Origin: an uncultured Collinsella sp.
GTDB taxonomy: Bacteria > Actinomycetota > Coriobacteriia > Coriobacteriales > Coriobacteriaceae
Assembly: GCA_900545555.1 (NCBI GenBank)
Contig: UQZI01000001.1
Location: forward strand, 13,413 to 77,412
Direction of reading: 5' to 3'
DNA length: 64,000 bases
The notes beneath the pieces are model-generated. The model made no database searches and had not been told where the DNA came from. It was given only the letters and a program-made list of their open reading frames with translations. Positions 12,970-21,803 of the stretch are shown one piece after another (within the stretch, counting starts at the first letter, position 1; every line of letters begins with the position of its first letter). The translations under genes and the position numbers were made by a program.

Positions 12970-13434
12970 ATGGCAGATCAAAAGCCGGTTGTCGGGATCA
13001 TCATGGGCTCCAAGTCCGATCTGGGTGTTATGGAAGGCTGCACCGCCGAGCTCGAGGCGCTCGGTGTGCCCTATGAGCTCGTCATTGCGAGCGCACACCG
13101 CACACCGGCGAAGGTCCACGAGTGGGCTTCGACTGCTGCCGATCGCGGTATCAAAGTGATTATCGCCGCCGCCGGCAAGGCCGCTCACCTGGGTGGTGTC
13201 GTGGCCGCCTTTACGCCGCTGCCGGTTATCGGCGTACCTATGAAGACGAGTGACCTGGGCGGTATGGATTCGCTGCTGTCGATGGTGCAGATGCCTTCGG
13301 GCGTGCCCGTGGCCTGCGTTGCCATCAACGGCGCCAAGAACGCCGCCATTTACGCCACGCAGATTCTGGGCGCATGCGACCCCGAGTACCGCAAGGTTAT
13401 CGAGAAGATGAAGCAGGAGATGGCCGACGCCTAG
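12970..13434 (+). CDS. purE: N5-CAIR mutase
   Basis: VGIIMGSKSD, SAHRTP, AAGKAAHLGG, PVIGVP and SMVQMPSGVPVA motifs; AGGAGG RBS. Confidence 0.96.
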   Translation: MADQKPVVGIIMGSKSDLGVMEGCTAELEALGVPYELVIASAHRTPAKVHEWASTAADRGIKVIIAAAGKAAHLGGVVAAFTPLPVIGVPMKTSDLGGMDSLLSMVQMPSGVPVACVAINGAKNAAIYATQILGACDPEYRKVIEKMKQEMADA

Positions 13435-13469
13435 GCGTTCCGCCGTTTCACCGCAGTATAAGGAGAGCC

Positions 13470-14474
13470 ATGTCCGATTATCAGGGAAAACGATTCAAGG
13501 CTTCTCAGATTCCCGATCCGTCGAAGCCGGGTGCTGCCCATGCGGCACAGCAGGGTCGGACATCCTCTCCTCAGCAGCCGCGCGCGCCGCGTTCCGTAAC
13601 GCCGACGTCCCATCGCCGCCAGGATACGCCGGCTGCGTATCGCCCTTCGTCATATGGCACGGCAAAGAAGCAGGCCCGGACGCCGAGGCAAACGAGCGGC
13701 GCGGCGTCCAGCTACACTGAGCCGCCGCGCAAAAAGCGCCGCTCCATTATTCCCATTCTGCTCATCATCATCGGCATCGGCCTGATTGTTGCCGCCGCTG
13801 CCATCTTTATCAATGCACAGATTGGCTACAAGCAGGCGAGCGAGTCGTATCAGAAAATCGAGAAGCAATATGTAAGCGATAAAGACGCCAGCGGCGTGCC
13901 GATTATCGACTTCGATGCGCTTGCTCAGACAAACCCCGAGATTGTGGGTTGGATTTATGTGCCGGGCACCAACATCAACTATCCCGTGGTGCAGACCAAC
14001 AACAACTCCAAATACCTCAACACGCTGTTTGACGGTACGGCTAACGCGTCCGGTGCCATCTTCTTGGATAGCGACGACACCGCGCCGGGCATGGTGGATC
14101 AGCAGACCACGATCTACGGCCACCATATGAACGATGGGTCGATGTTCAACGTGATTTCGGACACCACCGACCAAGCGACGTTCGATAGCATCGAGTACGT
14201 GTATTACATCACGCGCGATGCAACGTATAAGCTGCGTCCGCTGGCGACCAAGGTCGTTGAGGATACGTACTCCAAGGCGCGCACGCCCAATTTTGAGGGC
14301 GACGACGGGCTCAAGAACTACCTGTCCGAGATGCTCGACGGTGCCTCTGCCGTGGCGAGCGATGCCACCGATCGTGCCGCTTCGGCAACCAAGGTTGTAA
14401 CGCTTGTGACCTGTCGTTCGTTATCGCTGAGCAACACGCGTGCTGTCATGGTGCTCACGCCGGTCGAGGAATAA
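13470..14474 (+). CDS. srtB: Class B-type sortase
   Basis: TM anchor followed by NPEIVGWIYVPGTNINYPVVQ, GAIFLD, TIYGHHMNDGSMF and catalytic TLVTC...R. AAGGAG RBS. Confidence 0.88.
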   Translation: MSDYQGKRFKASQIPDPSKPGAAHAAQQGRTSSPQQPRAPRSVTPTSHRRQDTPAAYRPSSYGTAKKQARTPRQTSGAASSYTEPPRKKRRSIIPILLIIIGIGLIVAAAAIFINAQIGYKQASESYQKIEKQYVSDKDASGVPIIDFDALAQTNPEIVGWIYVPGTNINYPVVQTNNNSKYLNTLFDGTANASGAIFLDSDDTAPGMVDQQTTIYGHHMNDGSMFNVISDTTDQATFDSIEYVYYITRDATYKLRPLATKVVEDTYSKARTPNFEGDDGLKNYLSEMLDGASAVASDATDRAASATKVVTLVTCRSLSLSNTRAVMVLTPVEE

Positions 14475-14539
14475 GTGTCCGAGAGCAGTCTTTTTGGGAC
14501 GGGGCTTTTTTAGCTACCCGGGATGATCAAGGGGAGAAC

Positions 14540-14959
14540 ATGATGCTTGAGAGTGGCAAGGTAATGCCTTCGGTCGATGCGTGGCTGCGCGAGGCTAAGT
14601 CTGACCCGTCGGCTGCGGGGTGCGGTATGTACCTGACGCATAACGGCGTGGTGCGCGCGACACCCAAGTCCGAGGCGCGTGGAATCGAAACCGACGGCGT
14701 GGCGCCTGGGCATAAGGTGGGCGGCATGGTGTTTGGCTTCGATGCTCAGAAGGTGCAGGCTGCTATCGAGGCGACGCGTGCGATGCCGGGTATCGGCTAT
14801 GTGCGTGTGTGGCTGGCAAGCGGCGAGCTTGCCGTAGGTGACGACATCATGCTCGTGCTCATCGGCGGGGACATTCGCCCGCACGTGGTCGATGCGCTGC
14901 AGGCGCTCGTTGGCACCATTAAGAACGAATGCGTGAGTGAGGTCGAGCGCGAGGCGTAG
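14540..14959 (+). CDS. moaE: Molybdopterin synthase catalytic subunit-like protein (MoaE family)
   Basis: GMYLTHNGVVR and GELAVGDDIMLVLIGGDIRPHV...L...IK pattern typical of short anaerobe MoaE-like proteins. Confidence 0.75.
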   Translation: MMLESGKVMPSVDAWLREAKSDPSAAGCGMYLTHNGVVRATPKSEARGIETDGVAPGHKVGGMVFGFDAQKVQAAIEATRAMPGIGYVRVWLASGELAVGDDIMLVLIGGDIRPHVVDALQALVGTIKNECVSEVEREA

Positions 14960-14989
14960 AGGCTTGCGTCGATAGAAGGATCGTTTATA

Positions 14990-15028
14990 AAAATGCCCAC
15001 CGGTACGTGTGATACCGGCGGGCATTTT
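14990..15028. terminator. Bidirectional terminator between convergent genes
   Basis: AAAATGCCCACCGGTA...TACCGGCGGGCATTTT. Confidence 0.75.
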
Positions 15029-15049
15029 GCGTTTTGGGCGCGGTGGGCG

Positions 15050-16279
15050 CTACACGCGCGTCGCATCCTTGGGGCTCATGGTCATGCTCTGGAAGCGGTT
15101 TTCCATGTACTCGTTATCGAAGTGCTCTCCGTAGAACTGTGCGACGGGAATGTCCGGCTCCGTGTCGTTAACGCGCTGGTACCAGTAGTCGAGCGACTGC
15201 AGCGTCATGACGCCGTCGACCAGCATGATAACGGTAAAGATGACGGTGGCCGAGTAGCGGCTCTTCCAGGGGATCTTGTTGATAAGCTTAAGCAGCCTCG
15301 GCAGCAGCAGCTTGATCCAGATGAGGCCGCCCAGGCCCCACAGGCAGGCGAAGCCCGTGCAGGTGCGTCCGCCCGTGAGGACCACGAGCGGATCGGGCAA
15401 ACCGAACAGCGTTATGTGCGAGTAGCTCCACGAGACCACGCCAAACGCGGTCTGCATAAACCAGCCCACGAACACCTCAAAGCTGGCGCCGAGCAGGGCG
15501 CTCACCAGGAAAATGATGATGGGGTTCTTTTTGTAGAAGCGGTTAAGCACCATGGTCATGAGCACGGCGCCAAATCCGTAGATGGGGCTGAAGGGGCCAA
15601 ACAGCATGCCGGCGCGGTTCTGATAGACGCCCGGGTCGTCGACCGTCATGTGCCAGATGTCCTCGGCGATCAGGCCGAGTATGCAGCAGACAAAGAACAC
15701 CCAGAACAGGTTGAAGTAGTTGAGCTTGATGTAGCCCTCGCCGGTTTCATCGCGGCCGAGCATGCCCTCGGCGGCGGCGTCGCGGTCGAGCATCTCCTGC
15801 AGGCGGCGCTGCAGTTCGCGCTCCTGACGCAGCGTGGGGTCGACGGTTGCCGAAAGTGCAACAAGGATGCCGAGCTGGATCGCGGGACGCAGCAGGAAGG
15901 GCCCGATGCCCTGGAGCATCACGTCGACCAAAAGCTCGACGACGGTGAATGCAATAAGGATGTAGGACAGGCGGGCGGCGTTGCGGCGCTGGTTTTTGAT
16001 AAGGTCCAGGCCAAAGATGATTAAGATGACGGCACTTGCCGCAGAGAGCATGATGCCGGCGACGATAAGGCCGACTGCGACGAGCGTGTTGTCGCCGAGC
16101 TTTTCGGTGGCGTTGCCGTTAACAAGTGCCGTGATGACCTGCCACATAAAGGCAGCGACCGACGGGAGCGTGCCCACGCCGGAAAGGATGCACAGGACGG
16201 CGTACACCTTAATGATGAAGGGAATCTTCTTGACCTCTGTGGCGCTGGGGACGCTGGGGTCGAGTTCGTTTCGATCCAT
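15050..16279 (-). CDS. Integral membrane protein (putative ABC permease, CmpB/DUF1113-like C-terminal domain)
   Basis: Multiple TM helices with RAGMLFGPFSPIYGFG and WSYS motifs, plus an extra N-terminal TM domain. Confidence 0.75.
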   Translation of the reverse strand: MDRNELDPSVPSATEVKKIPFIIKVYAVLCILSGVGTLPSVAAFMWQVITALVNGNATEKLGDNTLVAVGLIVAGIMLSAASAVILIIFGLDLIKNQRRNAARLSYILIAFTVVELLVDVMLQGIGPFLLRPAIQLGILVALSATVDPTLRQERELQRRLQEMLDRDAAAEGMLGRDETGEGYIKLNYFNLFWVFFVCCILGLIAEDIWHMTVDDPGVYQNRAGMLFGPFSPIYGFGAVLMTMVLNRFYKKNPIIIFLVSALLGASFEVFVGWFMQTAFGVVSWSYSHITLFGLPDPLVVLTGGRTCTGFACLWGLGGLIWIKLLLPRLLKLINKIPWKSRYSATVIFTVIMLVDGVMTLQSLDYWYQRVNDTEPDIPVAQFYGEHFDNEYMENRFQSMTMSPKDATRV

Positions 16280-16565
16280 ACAGAACCTTTCTCGCTTTGT
16301 TGTAGGTTATAAGGATACGCCGCCGACCTGCCAAAAGACAGGGCGAACGTCCCAATTGCAACTTTGTAATCCCCAACGGCGGACGCGGCGGCCATCTGGG
16401 GGCGCGGGCACTTACACTGGACAGACCGATAAAATGTTTGGCAACAAAACTGATTATTAGCTCGGTGGGCTTTTAAAAAGCGCTGCTCATGCGCTGGGGA
16501 GCACGTCGCGCCGTGCGTATAATAAGGCGGGTAACGCCAAAAATACGAGGCTCTGAGGGGATACC

Positions 16566-18236
16566 ATGTCTCAAGAAACCATCCGCGCGGCCGAGCGTGC
16601 CGCGGGACAGGTGAACACCATGTCGACGTATGATCCGGACTCCGACCAGCTGCATGAGGAATGTGGCATTTTCGGCGTATGGGCGCCCGATCGCGACGTG
16701 GCTCGACTGACGTACTTTGGCCTGCGTGCGCTGCAGCACCGTGGCCAGGAATCGGCTGGAATCGCCGTGGGTGACGGCGGCACGGTTATGGTCCGCAAAG
16801 ATCTGGGCCTGCTCGACCGCGTGTTCTCCAACGCCGACCTGTCGACGCTCTCCGGCCAGCTGGCCGTGGGTCATGTGCGCTACGGCACTGCCGGCGCCAA
16901 GAGCTGGGAAGCCTCTCAGCCGCACCTCTCTACCATCAATAGCGTCATTATCGCGCTCGCGCACAACGGCACCCTCGTCAACACCGACGAGCTGCGCCGT
17001 CAGCTGATCGAGCTGGGCGTGCCGTTCCTCTCCAATTCGGATTCCGAGGTCGCGACCAAGCTTATCGGCTACTTTACCCAGCGTACGGGCCACCTGCGCG
17101 AGGGTATTCGCAAGACCATGGAGCTCGTGCGCGGCGGCTACGCCATGACGCTCATCAACGAGCAGGCGCTCTACGCATTCCGCGATCCACACGGCATTCG
17201 CCCGCTCGTGCTGGGCAAGCTGGTGGACGAGGGTCTGGACCAGGCCGATGCCGCAGCCGTTTCGCAGCTGCCGTCGCAGGACGGCGCCGCGACGGTCGAC
17301 TCCGCCGTCCGTGTCACGCGCGCCGGCGGCTGGGTCGTTGCTTCCGAGACCTGCGCACTCGACATCGTGGGTGCCGAGTACGTCCGTGACGTCCGTCCCG
17401 GCGAGATCTTGCGCATCAGCGCCGAGGGCCTGGTATCCGAGCAGGGCGTGCCTGCAGCCGAAGAGCCCGCCAACTGCATCTTTGAGCAGGTCTACTTTGC
17501 CCGCCCCGACTCCATCATGAACGGCAAGAGCGTCTATGCCTGCCGTTACGACATGGGTCGTCAGCTGGCACATGAGGAGCCTGTCGAGGCCGACCTGGTC
17601 ATCGGCGTGCCCGACTCCGGCCTGCCGCCTGCGGAGGGGTATTCGCACGAGAGCGGTATTCCCTTTGGCGAGGGCCTTATCAAGAACCGCTACGTGGGCC
17701 GTACGTTTATCGAGCCTACGCAGGAGTTGCGCGCCATGGGCGTGCGCATGAAGCTCAACCCGCTGCGCGACAACATCGAGGGCAAGCGCCTGGTCGTCAT
17801 CGACGACTCCATCGTGCGCGGCACCACCATGGTGCAGCTCGTCAAGATGCTGCGCAACGCCGGCGCCAAGGAGATTCATATCCGCATCAACTCGCCCGAG
17901 GTCATCTGGCCGTGCTTCTACGGTATCGATACCGACGTGCAGTCGCAGCTTATCAGCGCCAACAAGACGGTCGACGAGATTTGCGAGTATATCGGCGCCG
18001 ATTCGCTGGCCTTCCTTTCGGTCGAGGGCCTGCTTAAGGTCATGCCCAAGGGCGGTTACTGCGATGCGTGCTTTACCGGCCGCTACCCCGTGGCGATTCC
18101 CGAGAGCTTTGGCCGCGACAAGTTTATGGAGGGCTTTAAGCCCCGCAACCTGGACAAGCCGCTGCACTTTGACGACGACGCCGTGATCGAGAAATACGAC
18201 GACCGCAGCTGGGAAGAGGAGCACGGCGAGGCATAA
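16566..18236 (+). CDS. purF: Amidophosphoribosyltransferase
   Basis: Propeptide then ECGIFG; LQHRGQESAG, GHVRYGT, CIFEQVYFARPDS, VIDDSIVRGTT, PCFYGID and CDACFTG motifs. Confidence 0.97.
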   Translation: MSQETIRAAERAAGQVNTMSTYDPDSDQLHEECGIFGVWAPDRDVARLTYFGLRALQHRGQESAGIAVGDGGTVMVRKDLGLLDRVFSNADLSTLSGQLAVGHVRYGTAGAKSWEASQPHLSTINSVIIALAHNGTLVNTDELRRQLIELGVPFLSNSDSEVATKLIGYFTQRTGHLREGIRKTMELVRGGYAMTLINEQALYAFRDPHGIRPLVLGKLVDEGLDQADAAAVSQLPSQDGAATVDSAVRVTRAGGWVVASETCALDIVGAEYVRDVRPGEILRISAEGLVSEQGVPAAEEPANCIFEQVYFARPDSIMNGKSVYACRYDMGRQLAHEEPVEADLVIGVPDSGLPPAEGYSHESGIPFGEGLIKNRYVGRTFIEPTQELRAMGVRMKLNPLRDNIEGKRLVVIDDSIVRGTTMVQLVKMLRNAGAKEIHIRINSPEVIWPCFYGIDTDVQSQLISANKTVDEICEYIGADSLAFLSVEGLLKVMPKGGYCDACFTGRYPVAIPESFGRDKFMEGFKPRNLDKPLHFDDDAVIEKYDDRSWEEEHGEA

Positions 18237-18276
18237 AACCTGCCATATGGGGACAGGTTTATTTTGGTAGGTTTTA
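18234..18276 (+). repeat. GGGACRG-loop hairpin (REP-like)
   Basis: TAAAACCTGCCA-TATGGGGACAGGTTTATTT-TGGTAGGTTTTA; near-identical copies at 30453-30495 and 30614-30656. Confidence 0.75.
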
Positions 18277-18393
18277 CCTGCTGTTTTGTTGATATGACGG
18301 CGCGTGCTGTTATGGCGCGCGCCGAAATGAACGCAACTATGAGCACCGTTTGGCGCCCGTGCGGCGCCACGGTAGTGGGAGAGGAAGGCTCAG

Positions 18394-19497
18394 ATGAGCG
18401 ACAGCAAGCATGTGACGTACGAGGACGCCGGCGTCGACACCGCCGAGGGCGGTCGCGCCGTCGACGCGATTAAGCAGATGGTCAAGGACACTAACCGTTC
18501 CGAGGTTATCGGTGGCATCGGCGGCTTTGGCGGCCTGTTCTCGGCCGCCGCGCTCAAGGATATGGAAGACCCGATCCTGATTAGCGGTACCGACGGCGTG
18601 GGCACCAAGCTCGTGCTCGCCCAGATCATGGACCGTCACGAGACGGTTGGCCAGGACCTGGTCGCTATGTGCGTCAACGATATTCTGGCTTCGGGCGCCG
18701 AGCCGCTGTTCTTCCTGGACTACGTTGCCATCGGTCACATCGAGGCCGAGCACATGGCAAAGATTATCAAGGGTGTGGCCGACGGCTGCAAGCTCGCGGG
18801 CTGCGCGCTCGTGGGCGGTGAGATGGCCGAGCACCCGGGCGTCATGGCTCCTGCCGACTACGACCTTGCCGGATTTACCGTGGGCGTCGTCGACCGTCCC
18901 AAGATGCTCGACCCCGCAAACGTCCGCCCGGGCGATGTGATCCTGGGCCTGCCTTCCACCGGCGTGCACTCCAACGGCTACTCGCTCGTGCGTAAGGTCA
19001 TTGGCGTCGACGGCGTTAAGCCGGGCACGCCCGAGGCCGTCGCTAAGGCCGAGGAGCTGAGCCGTCCGCTCGAGGAGCTCGGCGGTGCATCGCTGGCAGA
19101 CGCTCTGTTGGCCCCCACGCGCATCTACGTCAAGCCGATCCTGGAGCTGCTGCGCGGCGGCGCCAACGTGCATGCTATCGCCCACATCACCGGCGGCGGT
19201 ATTACCGAGAACCTCAACCGCGCGCTCGCCGACGACGTTGACGCCGTGGTCACCCGCAACGGCGCCGAGATGGGTTGGGACGTTCCGCCCGTTATTACTT
19301 ACGTGTCGCGTCAGGCCGAGCTCGCGCCCAACGAGGCATGCAAGACCTTCAACATGGGCGTCGGCCTGTGCCTGATCGTCGCCCCCGAGGACGAGGCCGC
19401 CGTGACCGAGGCACTGGTCGCGCTGGGCGAGAAGCCGTTCCGCGTGGGCGAGTGCGTCGAGGGTTCCGGTAAGGTCGTGTACTCCGATGAGCGCTAA
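18394..19497 (+). CDS. purM: Phosphoribosylformylglycinamidine cyclo-ligase (AIR synthetase)
   Basis: YEDAGVD, GGFGG, SGTDGVGTK, AMCVND, GGEMAEHP, GVHSNGYSL, HITGGG and TFNMGVG motifs. Confidence 0.97.
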   Translation: MSDSKHVTYEDAGVDTAEGGRAVDAIKQMVKDTNRSEVIGGIGGFGGLFSAAALKDMEDPILISGTDGVGTKLVLAQIMDRHETVGQDLVAMCVNDILASGAEPLFFLDYVAIGHIEAEHMAKIIKGVADGCKLAGCALVGGEMAEHPGVMAPADYDLAGFTVGVVDRPKMLDPANVRPGDVILGLPSTGVHSNGYSLVRKVIGVDGVKPGTPEAVAKAEELSRPLEELGGASLADALLAPTRIYVKPILELLRGGANVHAIAHITGGGITENLNRALADDVDAVVTRNGAEMGWDVPPVITYVSRQAELAPNEACKTFNMGVGLCLIVAPEDEAAVTEALVALGEKPFRVGECVEGSGKVVYSDER

Positions 19498-20185
19498 CGA
19501 GCAGATGGCTGCTGCCGAGGGCCTGGGCTTTGTGCCCTACACCCGTCCGACCGGCACCGATACGGCCGAGCCGCTTAAGATTGGCGTGCTTATCAGCGGC
19601 TCGGGTACCAACCTGCAGGCGCTGATCGACCTAATCGCCGCCGGCAAGCTCAACGCCTCGATTGAGCTCGTGGTGTCGAGCCGTCCTTCGGCCAAGGGCC
19701 TACAGCGCGCCGAGCGTGCGGGCATCCAGACGCTCACGCTGTCCAAGGATGTCTATGCCGACCCCATCGCGGCTGACGAGATCATCGCGCATGAGCTGCT
19801 CGAACGTGGCTGCGAGTACGTGGTGATGGCCGGCTATATGCGCATGGTGCACACGCCGCTGCTGGCGGCGTTCCCCAATCGCGTGGTCAACCTGCATCCG
19901 GCGCTGCTGCCGAGCTTTACCGGCGCGCATGCGATTGACGATGCGTTTGCGCGTGGCGTCAAGGTGACCGGCGTGACCGTGCACTTTGCCAACGAGATCT
20001 ACGACAACGGCCCCATCATCGCCCAGCGTGCGCTGGCTGTTGAGGAGGGCTGGGACGTCGACACGCTCGAGGAGCACATCCACGCGATTGAGCACGTGCT
20101 GTATCCCGAGGTCGTGCAAATGCTCGCCGACGGCCGCGTTCACGTGCTGGAGAGCGGCAAGGTGGCAATTGATGCGGCACGCTAG
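19487..20185 (+). CDS. purN: Phosphoribosylglycinamide formyltransferase
   Basis: VLISGSGTNLQA, AGYMR, NLHPALLPSFTG, GVTVHF and DNGPII motifs; overlaps the purM stop. Confidence 0.96.
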   Translation: MSANEQMAAAEGLGFVPYTRPTGTDTAEPLKIGVLISGSGTNLQALIDLIAAGKLNASIELVVSSRPSAKGLQRAERAGIQTLTLSKDVYADPIAADEIIAHELLERGCEYVVMAGYMRMVHTPLLAAFPNRVVNLHPALLPSFTGAHAIDDAFARGVKVTGVTVHFANEIYDNGPIIAQRALAVEEGWDVDTLEEHIHAIEHVLYPEVVQMLADGRVHVLESGKVAIDAAR

Positions 20186-20245
20186 TCGCGTGTAAGAGAG
20201 TTCGCTGAGCGCTCTTTGGGACGCAAGCGATCGAAAAAAGTTGAT

Positions 20246-20279
20246 AGGGCTCCGTCCGTACGCGGGCGGGGCTCTTTTT
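20246..20279 (+). terminator. Terminator-like hairpin after purN
   Basis: AGGGCTCCGTCCG...CGGGCGGGGCTCT followed by TTTT. Confidence 0.55.
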
Positions 20280-20295
20280 GTGTGGCCTCTCAAGT

Positions 20296-20313
20296 TTGCT
20301 ATACTGCTAGCAA
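20296..20313 (+). promoter_or_regulatory. Extended -10 (TGcTATACT) overlapped by palindromic operator of TA operon
   Basis: The palindrome TTGCTA-tactgc-TAGCAA covers TATACT (20300-20305) and ends 16 nt upstream of the antitoxin start. Confidence 0.55.
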
Positions 20314-20329
20314 GCAGAGAGGAGTCGCC

Positions 20330-20674
20330 ATGGCAACAGCAACAGTGCAGCTCAACACGCGAATCGACCCTATGCTCAAGGCTGGCGGCGATGCGGTCCT
20401 GACTCGCAATGGGCTGGGGCCGAGTGACGCTATTCGTGCGCTTTGGACCTACCTTGTCGAGCATCAGACGTTGCCAGGATTTATGGTGGCGGATAAGCGC
20501 GAGGCGCCCCGTGCGGAGAGCCTGGCCGAGCAGGGGTGTGGCCTAGCTTTTTCCTCGTTGGGGCTAAGCGCTTCGGATTTTGCGCCAGGTGGATCATCTG
20601 CGGAAGACTGGGGTGCCGTACGCGACGACATGTACGATGCGATGATCGCTGGCATAGAGGCGAATTGCCGATGA
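20330..20674 (+). CDS. RelB/DinJ-like antitoxin (RHH)
   Basis: TVQLNTRIDPMLKAGGDAVLTRNGLGPSDAIR...LP N-terminal pattern, GGAG RBS, and ATGA overlap with the downstream PIN gene. Confidence 0.75.
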   Translation: MATATVQLNTRIDPMLKAGGDAVLTRNGLGPSDAIRALWTYLVEHQTLPGFMVADKREAPRAESLAEQGCGLAFSSLGLSASDFAPGGSSAEDWGAVRDDMYDAMIAGIEANCR

Positions 20675-21138
20675 TTGCGGCAAAACGACTCTTGGTAGAC
20701 ACAAACGTTTGGCTCGATTATTACCTGCAAGAGGGAGCGTTCGACGAGGCGAAAAGATTGATTGAGTTGGCCGTGGCGGGAAAGATTGACCTTCTGTACG
20801 CGCCAACGACGGCAAAGGACCTGTTCTACATTGTGCCGCGGCGTCTAGCTCAGCGGAATGTGAATGGGGTTAACGCTCCGTTCGGTCCGGCTGCATGGGC
20901 CTGTATCGAGCATATGATGCAGGTGGCAACGGCTTCTCCGCTTTCGTTGGCGGAATGCGAGATGGCGCGTATGCTTGGCAAGCGTATGCCGGACCTTGAG
21001 GACAATCTCATCATTGCATCGGGCGATACGGCGGATGTCGACTACGTAATCACGAGCGACCGACGCATGTTGGAGGCGATGCCCGAGGTATGCTTGACGC
21101 CAGCGCGCGCACTCGAGCTCATCGGGATCCTCGGCTAA
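20671..21138 (+). CDS. PIN-domain (VapC-like) toxin
   Basis: LLVDTNVWLD, DLEDNL and YVITSD acidic PIN motifs; translationally coupled to the antitoxin. Confidence 0.85.
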   Translation: MIAAKRLLVDTNVWLDYYLQEGAFDEAKRLIELAVAGKIDLLYAPTTAKDLFYIVPRRLAQRNVNGVNAPFGPAAWACIEHMMQVATASPLSLAECEMARMLGKRMPDLEDNLIIASGDTADVDYVITSDRRMLEAMPEVCLTPARALELIGILG

Positions 21139-21203
21139 CCTTGCATACTCCGTTTCGCTATCATATTGAGCATTGTGGCCCTCATGCAACTTTGGAGGAC
21201 GAT

Positions 21204-21668
21204 ATGGCGGATAACGAAGCACTGTTTACGCCTGAGCTGGTGTTTTTTGATTGGGAGTGTGCGACGCCGGATGAGGTGTTCGCGCGGCTTGAGGGCGAGC
21301 TTGTACCGCGTGGCTACATTGCCGACGGTTGGTTCGACGCCGTTCGCACGCGCGAGGATGCCTATCCCACGGGTCTTGCCATGCCGGCGGCAAACATTGC
21401 CATTCCGCATACCGATCCGGGGTTTGTGGCCAAGCCCTATATCGCGGTGGTGAAGCCCGCCGCGCCCGTGACATTTAACGCTATGGCTGGCATGGGCGCT
21501 CCGGTGCCGGCGCAGATCGTCATCAATCTGGGCATCGCCGAGCCGGGCGGCCAGGTCGAGGCCCTGCAGGCGCTCATGAACATCTTTATGGACGCCGATG
21601 CCGCAGCCGACGTGCTCGGCCAGACCACGTCCCAGGGCATGGTCGACGCCATCCGCCGCCACTTCTAA
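21204..21668 (+). CDS. PTS EIIA component (fructose/mannitol/galactitol-type fold)
   Basis: REDAYPTGL and IAIPH phospho-His motif; GGAGG RBS. Confidence 0.9.
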   Translation: MADNEALFTPELVFFDWECATPDEVFARLEGELVPRGYIADGWFDAVRTREDAYPTGLAMPAANIAIPHTDPGFVAKPYIAVVKPAAPVTFNAMAGMGAPVPAQIVINLGIAEPGGQVEALQALMNIFMDADAAADVLGQTTSQGMVDAIRRHF

Positions 21669-21685
21669 GGTGCCGGCTGCCAGAG

Positions 21686-21736
21686 CTGTCCCCTTTGCAC
21701 CAAAATGGTGCAGATTAACCTGTCCCCAATGCACCA
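21686..21736 (-). repeat. GGGACRG-loop hairpin plus adjacent degenerate copy
   Basis: Minus strand 21736-21706 reads TGGTGC-ATTGGGGACAGGTTAATCT-GCACCA. A second TGGTGCAAAGGGGACAG lies at 21702-21686. Confidence 0.65.
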
Positions 21737-21803
21737 AGCGTGCCGCGGGGGCTGCGTTGTGACACAATGGCGTTTGTTCGATTCGTTATGCGAAAGGCCA
21801 ACT

